A stretch of DNA of 64,000 nt from an uncultured Acidobacteriota bacterium (GTDB lineage Bacteria > Acidobacteriota > Vicinamibacteria > Vicinamibacterales > 2-12-FULL-66-21), in contig CAWARA010000019.1 in assembly GCA_963784195.1 (NCBI GenBank), positions 38,088 to 102,087 of the forward strand, in the 5' to 3' direction. The position numbers and the translations under genes are program-made. Under the pieces are notes generated by a model. The model had not been told where the DNA came from. It ran no database searches and saw only the letters and a list, made by a program, of their open reading frames with translations. Of the stretch, positions 54,084-62,290 are shown piece after piece; within the stretch, counting starts at the first letter, position 1; every line of letters begins with the position of its first letter.

Positions 54084-55049
54084 GGTGCTGTCTGAACTCG
54101 GTGCGAGACCGACCATTTTCATCACGGTTGCTTCGACCAGAGGCCATGCGCTCGACCACGGCGCAATGAGATCGAAATGTCCGATGGCGGGCAACACAAT
54201 GAGTTCGACGTCGTTTCCGAGACGCAGGGCCTTGTCCACGAACGCACGACTCTGTTCGACGGGCACGTAAGGATCTAATGCGCCGTGCAGCAGGCGATGC
54301 GGAACCCTGAGCGGCAATAGCTCAATCGGGCTCGCCTGAAGGTATCGGTCCGGTACGGCGTCCGCTGTCCCGCCAAGCAGTGGTGCAACCGAGGCATTAC
54401 AGTAGCCGGATCCGGCACTGAAGATCCGCAGGTCGCTGATGCCGGCCAGTGATACGACTCCCCGAAGAGCGAGCGGTTGGGCAGGTGAGAATAGGTTACC
54501 CTCCGGCAAGTTGCGGCGCCCTGCCAGCCACAATGCCAGGTGCCCGCCGGCGGAGTGCCCGACGAGGACCACACGCGACAGATCGAGCGAAAACTGCTTC
54601 GCGAGTGCCCGCACATGGTCGGTGGCTGCTGCGACATCTTCGAAGGTCCCAGTCCAACCACCGCCAGGGTCTCCGACGCGCCGGTATTCGATCGTCCACG
54701 TCGCAATGCCTGCTGTGGTCAACGCGCTGCTCAGATGCGAGATGTGATTAAGGTCGTTCTCAGAACGCCAGCAGCCGCCGTGAATGACTACCGCCAGAGG
54801 AAATGGGCCATCGCCGCTGGGCAAGCGCAGGTCGCCGAAGCGAAGCGCCCCCTGTCCGTAGGCCAGACGGTAATCCGCCGCGGGACGTGGCCGCTTCGAG
54901 ACATCGTCCCATGTGACTGGAGCGGGAGCCAGCTGCGCGCAGAAAGCGCAGGCAACGGTCGCGCACAGAATTGGCAGGCGTTTTTTCAGTCGACAACCCC
55001 GATAGTGTCGTGGGCACTCCAGAGCGGAGATTACCACTGTCTCGCTCAT
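54078..55049 (-). CDS. Alpha/beta hydrolase (esterase/lipase)
   Basis: IHGGCW, IEYRRVG..GGGW, GHSAGG, LHGALD..VP, GHF. Confidence 0.92.
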   Translation of the reverse strand: MSETVVISALECPRHYRGCRLKKRLPILCATVACAFCAQLAPAPVTWDDVSKRPRPAADYRLAYGQGALRFGDLRLPSGDGPFPLAVVIHGGCWRSENDLNHISHLSSALTTAGIATWTIEYRRVGDPGGGWTGTFEDVAAATDHVRALAKQFSLDLSRVVLVGHSAGGHLALWLAGRRNLPEGNLFSPAQPLALRGVVSLAGISDLRIFSAGSGYCNASVAPLLGGTADAVPDRYLQASPIELLPLRVPHRLLHGALDPYVPVEQSRAFVDKALRLGNDVELIVLPAIGHFDLIAPWSSAWPLVEATVMKMVGLAPSSDSTR

Positions 55050-55082
55050 GTCATCCTGCTCCTTCGGGAGGTCTCGACTCGA

Positions 55083-55130
55083 TCGGCGGCGGTGTCATCA
55101 TCGCGTCCGCCGCCGTCGGTTGAAAGCCGA
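55083..55130 (-). other. Degenerate attC-like remnant upstream of the hydrolase
   Basis: TTTCAACCGACGGCGGCGGACGCGATGATGACACCGCCGCCG resembles the interior of the site at 54012-54083. Confidence 0.45.
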
Positions 55131-55135
55131 TGCTA

Positions 55136-55213
55136 ACTCCTCATAAGTCGCCAAGGGGCTAAGAATCTGCGGGTGGCGATTCCTTGTCACTGCGGCGTTT
55201 ATCGCGACCGACG
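55136..55213 (+). repeat. Island recombination-like site, diverged copy
   Basis: ACTCCTCATAA-GTCGCC-AAGGGG...CTGCGGCGTTTATCGCGACCGACG. Confidence 0.8.
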
Positions 55214-55440
55214 TCTTCGGAACGCGCGATCCCGTGGATTCCTTTCTCCGCTGCTGCGGCTGAGATCGTCGCGGTGTCGAGATAGCGAAGGAACACGGTA
55301 TTTTTCGCGAATCGCGGCAAGTAGGCAACGGCGAGGGCATCGATTGCGACGTTTGTTTTGATCTCCTCGGCCATCGTGGGCTGCGCTGACATTTCCGAGA
55401 TGCGCCCCGCGTCAAAGAAGGCGTATCGTTACATCGTTCG

Positions 55441-57195
55441 ATGTTGGATGACGGCAACAGTCCGATCCCGCAGTCGCGACTCGGGAGGGTGTTCGCGCCT
55501 CTCCTCGTCAGCCTGCTCGTAATCGTGGCGCTCCTGCCAGCCACGCGCGTCGGGTTCGGCGCCGACGACACGTACCTGCTCGCGCATGTGCAGTCCCCCG
55601 ACTGGCGGACGCGTCTATTCGCCTTCAACGTCGACCGTCCGTCGGAGCACTACGGCGCGTGGTGGGAGGGCGTGCGCTATCAGCGACGGTTCGTCCGCCT
55701 GCTGCCGAGCGCGCTGATGGCGGCGGAGGTGGCGACGCTCGGGCAACGCCCGTGGCCCCTTCATCTCGTGTCCCTCGCGCTGCACCTCGTCAACGTGCTG
55801 CTCATATATCGACTCGGCCGGCGCTGGCTGGGGCACGCGGGAAAGGCGGCGCTCGTGGCGGCGATGTTCGGCGTACATCCGGTGGCCGTGGAGCCCGTGA
55901 GCTGGTTCGCGACGCAGCCACTGCTCGTGGCAACCACCTGTACGTTGCTCTCCGTGGAGTCGTGGATCCGTTATCGCGCCGGTGAAGGACGCAATTGGTT
56001 ATTCGCAGCGCTGGTGGCCGTTTTCGCGGCCGTGACGAGTTATGAGGCCGCAGTGCCGCTGCCTCTGCTCATCGTAGCCGGCGACGTAGTGTGGCTGCGG
56101 AACGACCGTGCCGCTGGCTCTCGCTGGCCTGCGCGCGCGGCGCTGGTCGCTCTTCTTGTCCCGTATTTCGTCCTCGTCAAGTTGAATCAGGCCGGCACGA
56201 CCGCGTTGGAGATCTCCCATCGCCTAACGGTGGCTGAAGCCTGGACTGTCGCCCGCGTCGATCTGGCCAACTATCTGTTCAAGGCGCTGGGCCTGGTTCA
56301 GCCGGGCAGGCCACAGGACTACTGGATCTACAACGCCCTGGGTGAGCCCGCCGCACTCCTGCTGTTGATTCTCGTGAGCCTTCCAGTCGCCTGGTGGGCG
56401 CGTCGGCGTCCGCTCGCGCTGTTCGGGCTGTTCGTCTTCTTCGCGCTGCTCGCTCCGCCCTGGGTGGTGCGTGCCACCATCGGCTCTCTCAATATCCCGT
56501 CGTTACGCGCGGTCTACCTTCCGCTCCTGGGCCTGGCCGCGGTGGTCACCGCCGCTCTGTCCACGACGCATTTCCGGAACGCCGCGGTGATCGCTGCGCC
56601 ACTGCTCGCCGCCGCTTGCATCCTCGACAGGCAACCGCATCAGGGGGTAGGCTTCGGAGGAGCTGCGCGGGGGAGCGTTCTGACACGCAAGTTGCTGGAC
56701 GCGATCGATCCGGCGCGGCCCGTGATTGTTGTGGGCGGTTTTGCGAACGTCCCGAAGCGGAGCGGCTGCTTGTATGACGTGAGTCTCGATTGGCCCGGCC
56801 GTGTGGAGCTGAGGCTCGTCCCACCTGCCCGATCCGGCGCTTTACCGCATCTGATCCGAACGAGCGAGCGCACATTCACGGCGTCCGCGCCAGAGGGATT
56901 CGTCGTCCCGCTGGCGCGCGAACCTCTCCCCGGACCGGCGGCGGCTCGCGGTCGCTTTAACGCCGGCGGATTCCGCGTCGACCGCGAGCCGCCGCCTCTA
57001 GTTCGCGAAGGACGCCAGCGGGTCGCGGATGCGATTGTGGAGGTCGAGGCGCGCGACACGGAAGCGATCCGCTCCTTGCGGTACACACTCGATCGGCCTC
57101 TCGATGACTACGTGTTTCTCGCCGCCGAGGGGTGCAGTCAGGTCCGGCTGGCGGTGTTCGACCGTTCTGCGTCCACGTCCGCGCCGCAGCGGTGA
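55441..57195 (+). CDS. Multi-pass membrane protein (GT-C / ArnT-TMTC-like N-terminus)
   Basis: ADD motif, HLVSLALHLVN, FGVHPVAVEPVSW, SYE, about 10 hydrophobic segments. Confidence 0.7.
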   Translation: MLDDGNSPIPQSRLGRVFAPLLVSLLVIVALLPATRVGFGADDTYLLAHVQSPDWRTRLFAFNVDRPSEHYGAWWEGVRYQRRFVRLLPSALMAAEVATLGQRPWPLHLVSLALHLVNVLLIYRLGRRWLGHAGKAALVAAMFGVHPVAVEPVSWFATQPLLVATTCTLLSVESWIRYRAGEGRNWLFAALVAVFAAVTSYEAAVPLPLLIVAGDVVWLRNDRAAGSRWPARAALVALLVPYFVLVKLNQAGTTALEISHRLTVAEAWTVARVDLANYLFKALGLVQPGRPQDYWIYNALGEPAALLLLILVSLPVAWWARRRPLALFGLFVFFALLAPPWVVRATIGSLNIPSLRAVYLPLLGLAAVVTAALSTTHFRNAAVIAAPLLAAACILDRQPHQGVGFGGAARGSVLTRKLLDAIDPARPVIVVGGFANVPKRSGCLYDVSLDWPGRVELRLVPPARSGALPHLIRTSERTFTASAPEGFVVPLAREPLPGPAAARGRFNAGGFRVDREPPPLVREGRQRVADAIVEVEARDTEAIRSLRYTLDRPLDDYVFLAAEGCSQVRLAVFDRSASTSAPQR

Positions 57196-57397
57196 GTCGC
57201 TCACCCGCCCAGCTCGCTCGATTTAGAGCACGAGCCGCAGCGTCGCCCTTCGGCGCCCAATCAAGCGCCTGCCGCCGTACGCCGTTGCAATAACTCAATT
57301 GCCGCATCCAGCACGAGCCGCAATTTCGGTCGTGAGAGCGATCGCGGTCAGGCACCTCGCTGACGCAGGATGCGACGGCGTAGCAGCGTCGCGGTTC

Positions 57398-57418
57398 ACT
57401 CCCCATAAGTCGCGAAGT
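57398..57418 (+). repeat. Island recombination-like site, left-half copy
   Basis: ACTCCCCATAA-GTCGCG-AAGT. Confidence 0.7.
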
Positions 57419-57596
57419 ATTTTTCGATGTTCGCCGGGGGCTCCCAGGGGTCCGACCCAAAACTCGGCAAACACTAGCCCGCACTGAGGACCGATCCGCT
57501 CCCCACACCGCTGCGCTAGTATGATTTGGAGCGACGACCTGTCGCTTCACGATCACGCCGGATCTATTCGCGACGCCGATCACGGAGGTTCATATC

Positions 57597-57875
57597 ATGA
57601 GCATCGTTGTCCGTTTCAGCCCCATCGCCCTCACTGCCAACAAGTACGACGAGACGATTCGCCAAATCAAGAACGCGGGCGAATGGCCACCGGCCGGGCT
57701 CGACTACCACGTCTGCTTCGGTGCGGATGGCAACCTTAAGGTCAGCGAGACCTGGAACTCGCGGGAGCAGTTCGAAGCCTTCGGCAAGCGTCTGATGCCG
57801 ATCCTCGCGGGCGCCGGCATCCAGTTCGCCAACCCGCCGGATATCTTCGAGGTTCACAACATCGTCAAGGGCTGA
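57597..57875 (+). CDS. Small hypothetical protein (dimeric alpha+beta barrel-like)
   Basis: Strong SD GGAGGT; GLDYHVCFG..LKVSETWNSREQFEAF. Confidence 0.8.
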   Translation: MSIVVRFSPIALTANKYDETIRQIKNAGEWPPAGLDYHVCFGADGNLKVSETWNSREQFEAFGKRLMPILAGAGIQFANPPDIFEVHNIVKG

Positions 57876-58037
57876 CAATCGGGCGCGGCGGCCCGATCGA
57901 GAATCGCCAATCGTTCGGGCCGCGACCGCCTCGCCGCCGGCGACCTAGTCGGCGGCACACCCACTATTGACGCTCAAACAAGAACTGTTTCAATAGTCAA
58001 CGCTGTGAGGCAGGGCCGCCGCCGAATTGGCGGCCAG

Positions 58038-58076
58038 ATCGGTCCTGGTTAGTCGCCAAGGGGCGACCGATTCGCG
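58038..58076 (+). repeat. Island recombination-like site, copy
   Basis: ATCGGTCCTGGTTA-GTCGCC-AAGGGGCGACCGAT-TCGCG. Confidence 0.8.
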
Positions 58077-58723
58077 CGAAACTCATCATGAGCCTTCGTG
58101 CCCTTGTACTCCTCGTGAGCATTTCGAAGAGCACTCATACTGGATTCTGAGAGATGCCACTCCGACAGTTGTCGATCGAATTCATCCGCGGACAACTCTC
58201 CGCATCTGGAGAGAACCGCGGCGACGATGTTTCGGCAGGCGCCCTCGTCCGGCACGGGATAGAGCGACACCAATTCCGGAAGGATGTCAAAGGCCACAAC
58301 ACTCTGCGACCATGAGAACAACGTCACTGATGCGCGACCGGCCAACGCCTTCGATTTCGACCGGGCCAGTCCCAGCAGTGCCTGAATCCACGCCGCGCGT
58401 TTGTCGCTCGGCACGTCGCCCAAAGGGACGCCCTGTAACCCAACGGTTGCAGCCAGCACGAAGTACGGCACATCGTGCGAGTTCAGAGCACGGTCGAGCG
58501 CCTCGAACCGCAATGTCGCTGGAATCAAATCAGAATGAAAGAGCAGATTCGACACTGCTTGCCTATCGCTCCAGCTATGGATGACTGAGGCAACGAGGGC
58601 CGACTCCTCCGGCGTCAGAGAAATGTCTTCCCGTGCCCGCAGGAGTGCATCGAGGTCATCGGCCTTCAAGAATGTCTCAAGTGACGTCACGCTAGTCCCT
58701 GAAGCGGGTGAGTCTCGTTCCAC
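58049..58723 (-). CDS. Hypothetical helical protein, probably truncated
   Basis: 224 aa ORF with visibly lower GC; the last residues are encoded by the repeat site; the 5' end abuts an NTF2-like fragment. Confidence 0.55.
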   Translation of the reverse strand: MERDSPASGTSVTSLETFLKADDLDALLRAREDISLTPEESALVASVIHSWSDRQAVSNLLFHSDLIPATLRFEALDRALNSHDVPYFVLAATVGLQGVPLGDVPSDKRAAWIQALLGLARSKSKALAGRASVTLFSWSQSVVAFDILPELVSLYPVPDEGACRNIVAAVLSRCGELSADEFDRQLSEWHLSESSMSALRNAHEEYKGTKAHDEFRANRSPLGD

Positions 58724-59080
58724 GAACGCGCTTCACCGCACCGGCTGGCGACTCCACGTAGCTCCCTGTGAAGGAGCCCCACTCGAAAGCCACCCGTCCG
58801 TGACCGTCAGGTCCTTGGTCTCCGGGACATAGCTCAAGACACGTAGCTCCGGAGTAGCGGCCTTCTGGCGCTCGTTGGTTGCGCGGATCGCCTCCTTGCC
58901 AATGTCGGCGTCGGCCGGCGGGCCCAGTCGCACGGCGTCGTCGGTCCCCACAGCTCTGTGAGCGCCGCCGTGTCTCTGGACAAGGTCGCAGCGACGTCCT
59001 GCCTGCGGAACTTCTCGATGGCTGCCAAGTCTCGCGTGTGCGCGTCCTCATCTTCACCCTCAAACGAGATCCTTGGAACA
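58700..59080 (-). pseudogene. NTF2/SnoaL (DUF4440-like) fragment
   Basis: [28 protein letters not shown] / [18 protein letters not shown] / VAFEWGSF over three frames, truncated. Confidence 0.7.
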
Positions 59081-59376
59081 CATGCGCCGTCAACGCACCG
59101 CACCGAAGGCGCAGAGAACCACCGCAACTAACCGAAGTGTCATGCCCCCGCATTCTCGCTTCGTCCCCCGGTAGTCCGCCGAACCAGTCGTACGCCGACC
59201 GGCATATCTCGGCCGACTCCGCAAGTCACGCAGCATAACGCCGAAACGGCCTCGCAGGAAATGTGGCCAAGTTCCACGTCGCAGGTCACTTGTTCAACTT
59301 GATCTCCTCCGACGATGACGGATTAGATCGATCTGCATAACAGCTCGCCAGCGTGGCGCGTATTGCGGCTAGGTGG

Positions 59377-59410
59377 ATAGGTCCTGCCTTGTCGCCAAGT
59401 GATGACCTAT
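59377..59410 (+). repeat. Island recombination-like site, symmetric copy
   Basis: ATAGGTCCTGCCTT-GTCGCC-AAGTGATGACCTAT; arms are 11/14 complementary. Confidence 0.8.
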
Positions 59411-59529
59411 CCGCCCTAGTACCTACTTTGTCAGATCACGGGATTTTCGAGAGATCGCGCGAGTGATCGGTTTTGGGGACATTGTACCTCAGTGTCTGAG
59501 TTCGGTACCCTGAGTGGCGGTGCACGACC

Positions 59530-59854
59530 CTCACGAGCGGCGCTGGACGCGATCAATCTCCACCTGCACGATCTCAGGCGTGAGTGCGGATCCAGGTGGA
59601 TGGATGCCGGTGTCCCGATTGCGACGATCCAGCGGTGGTTAGGGCATAGCAACGTCTCGCAAACGTCGACCTATTTGGCGGGGGTCGTGACGAAGGAACA
59701 CGACCACTTCGCACGCTTCGAAGCCCAGCAATCCGCTTGCAACCGTCTTGCAACGGATGTCGGATCAGGTGGCAAAACCAAGGCACGGACGACCACGAGG
59801 CGGAACAAAGAGCCCAATAAAACCGGTATCGACCGCGAACGGGCTATCATGTGA
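59530..59854 (+). pseudogene. Tyrosine recombinase/integrase C-terminal fragment
   Basis: HLHDLRRE (HxxR), IQRWLGHSNVSQTSTY (LGH..Y); no N-terminal domains; ends 7 bp before the att repeat. Confidence 0.88.
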
Positions 59855-59860
59855 GCTGGC

Positions 59861-59905
59861 TTCGGGACCGAGGGGTCGGTGGTTCGAATCCACTCGCCCC
59901 GACCA
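59861..59905 (+). repeat. att direct repeat (3' half of tRNA-Pro)
   Basis: TTCGGGACCGAGGGGTCGGTGGTTCGAATCCACTCGCCCCGACCA, identical to 46979-47023. Confidence 0.95.
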
Positions 59906-60014
59906 ATTTTTTCCGGGGGGCTTCGCCCCGCCGGACCCCCCTACACGCTCTCTCGCCTTCGGCTCGTTCGCTTCCGTCACTGCGCCTGCTCGCGCCTCCA
60001 GTCGTTTGCAAATT

Positions 60015-60037
60015 GTAGTGTCCGGCTTCAGCCGAAC
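60015..60037 (+). repeat. GTAG REP-like palindrome (family B)
   Basis: GTAGTGTCCGGCTTCAGCCGAAC. Confidence 0.75.
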
Positions 60038-60270
60038 GGTAGGCTCGCGGAAGCGGCCTTTTTGCTGCGCTTCCCGTCTGGCCCGCCTCGAACTCCGGTT
60101 TACCCGTTTGCGTTTCTTTGCGTTTTCATTTGTCGGTCGCGGAGCGGTCGGCGAACACGTTCAGGGTGCTTCTGATGGCCACATTCGTCGCGTACGTAGG
60201 TTGGCGCGTGATGCCGATCCGGCCTCGCACGATCGCGTAGGATCGCGAAATCACCGCGCCCTCCACCTGC

Positions 60271-60745
60271 GACACGGATGTCCTGATCGTCGGCGCCGGA
60301 CCGACCGGCTTGGTGCTCGCCTTGTGGCTCGCGAGGCTCGGCGTGCGCGTGAGAATCATCGACACGCTTCCGGCGCCGTCGGTGACGTCTCGCGCGGTCG
60401 CCGTGCAGGCGCGCACACTCGAACTGTACCGACAGGTCGGGTTTACCGAGACGCTCGTCGAGCGCGGGCGACGAGCGGCCGCCGCGAATCTCTGGGTTTC
60501 CGGCCGGCGGATTGCGCGAGCGGCCCTCGGCGATATCGGCGAGGGCGTCAGTCCCTATCCTTACGCCCTGATCGTCCCGCAAGACGAGCACGAGCGCTGT
60601 TGATCGATCGGCTTCACGCGTTGGGCGTCGAGGTAGAGCGCTCGACGGAGTTCGTGGGCGTCGAGGATACCCAGGCCGGCAATGGCGTCGCCGTTCGTCT
60701 CGCGCGGCCTGGGGGGCCGGTCGAAAGTTGCCGGGTGACCTACGC
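60271..60745 (+). pseudogene. FAD-dependent monooxygenase N-terminal fragment
   Basis: DVLIVGAGPTGL, SRAVAVQARTLE, VPQDEHER; frameshifted and truncated. Confidence 0.8.
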
Positions 60746-60915
60746 CAAGCGAAAGCGCCCAACGCGCTTTCAGCTTCGTGCTTCGTCCTCCGGCTTCAGG
60801 CCGGCAGTGATGCCGACGCAATCGTAAATCATCCCAGTCACCATGCCGATCAGCCAGGAAATCATTCTGTTTCCCTTCGCCGCAAGCAGCTTGAGTTCTA
60901 CAGCAACGACGTGTG

Positions 60916-62121
60916 TTATTTGCGCGTCGGCGGCTTTGTGAATGCGTCCGCGATCTTCCGGCCGGTTGGGTCAACGCCTTCAGCAGGCGAGATGTTCGAT
61001 GTGGCGGCCACCACCACGTCGTGGTCCGGGAACAGGAGGAGCGCGACGGTGCTGCCGTTGGGAGTGGCGCGGTGCGCGACCATCCGTGCAGGCGCGCCAG
61101 CCAGTTGCACGCGCTCGACCTTCCAGCCCAGCGCGAATTCCGTGGAGGCCCCTGACCGGAGGCGCAACGGCGTCTGGAGGAGCGCGATGGAATCCGCCTT
61201 CAGCAGTCCCGGCTTGAGCATCGCCGACCCGAATCGCACCAGGTCCGAGGGCGTGGAGAAAAACGCCCCGGCACCCGCGAGGCAGGAGTTGTGCTGGCGC
61301 GACCCCTTCCGCACGCCCAGCTTGGTACGCATGGACGCTCGCGGGATGTAGAACGACGTGGCGTCCGGGACGTCGGCGCCATCCTCGAGGACGGTGCTCT
61401 CCATACCGAGCGGCTCGAGTATTTCACGCGTCATGAACTTGGCAAGAGGCTCTCTGGCTGCGGCCTCGACCACGGCGCTGAGGAGGATCCAGCCGTATGT
61501 CGAGAAGCGGTAGCGGGTGCCTGGCTCGAACAGGAGCGGCTCGTCGGCGAACGTCGCCAGCGCGTCGTCGAGACTCGCGCACTGGCCGCCTGGCGGGTTG
61601 TCGTTGTTGTCACCGCGGATGCGGTGGACGCCAGCGATGTCGCCCATCAGCTGGCGCGTCGTCACCGTCCACGGCTTTTGTGGATACGCGGGGACGTAAG
61701 TCTGAACCGGGGCATCGAGTTCGATGCGCCCGCGCTCATGAAGCAGGGCGACGGCAGCGGCCGTCAACGTTTTCGACACGCTTCCAAGACGGAACTGCGT
61801 GCGCGGCGTCACCGGCACGCGGTCTTCGACGTCTGCCCAGCCGAAGCCCTCAGTCCATACAATCTCGCCATGCCGGGCAACGGCCACCGAAAGGCCAGGC
61901 AGGTTGTCTTCCAGGAGCAACGCGTGCGCCAGGCGCCTGGACTCCTCGATGGCACCTGAGTACCTCTCGGCGTGAACGCCGGGCGTCGATGGCACGTCGG
62001 TCGGATCCGAGTGCACGGCCATCGTCAACACGAAGTAAAGCACGCCCCCACCCACAACCGCGATGATTACGGCGACGAGCAGGGCGAACACCGACTCCCC
62101 GCGCCTGCGTGTGCGACTCAC
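60916..62121 (-). CDS. Serine hydrolase (beta-lactamase class C/AmpC-like family)
   Basis: FRLGSVSK (SxxK), LFEPGTRYRFSTYG, N-terminal TM; SD AGGAGG. Confidence 0.9.
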   Translation of the reverse strand: MSRTRRRGESVFALLVAVIIAVVGGGVLYFVLTMAVHSDPTDVPSTPGVHAERYSGAIEESRRLAHALLLEDNLPGLSVAVARHGEIVWTEGFGWADVEDRVPVTPRTQFRLGSVSKTLTAAAVALLHERGRIELDAPVQTYVPAYPQKPWTVTTRQLMGDIAGVHRIRGDNNDNPPGGQCASLDDALATFADEPLLFEPGTRYRFSTYGWILLSAVVEAAAREPLAKFMTREILEPLGMESTVLEDGADVPDATSFYIPRASMRTKLGVRKGSRQHNSCLAGAGAFFSTPSDLVRFGSAMLKPGLLKADSIALLQTPLRLRSGASTEFALGWKVERVQLAGAPARMVAHRATPNGSTVALLLFPDHDVVVAATSNISPAEGVDPTGRKIADAFTKPPTRK

Positions 62122-62221
62122 TAGGGGTGTTGACCTCCTGGTTCAGCTCTTTAGTATAGGTACCTTTGTATTGCAAAGATACCATCGGCATCCGACATCG
62201 CAAAGCCGCCTCACGGCGATC

Positions 62222-62245
62222 GTAGGCCCGACCTTTAAGTCGGGC
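62222..62245 (+). repeat. GTAG REP-like palindrome (family A)
   Basis: GTAGGCCCGACCTTTAAGTCGGGC. Confidence 0.8.
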
Positions 62246-62290
62246 GTGCTGCTAACCAGCTACGCAGCTGATTTCAGGAATCACCCCGCG

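Larger units (their letters stand above)
46979..59905. mobile_element. Genomic island integrated at tRNA-Pro (decayed)
   Basis: Identical 45-bp tRNA 3' half at 46979-47023 and 59861-59905; integrase remnant beside the distal repeat; fragmentary cargo. Confidence 0.9.

Noticed and set aside
47779-59412. Island motif as a CRISPR repeat or canonical dif/pdif site
   Set aside because: Copies are separated by kilobases of genes, and the conserved XerD arm TTATGTTAAAT is absent. Kept only as Xer-like by analogy.
59861-59905. Second tRNA-Pro gene
   Set aside because: Only the 3' 45 nt are present, with no D-arm or 5' acceptor strand. It is an att repeat.
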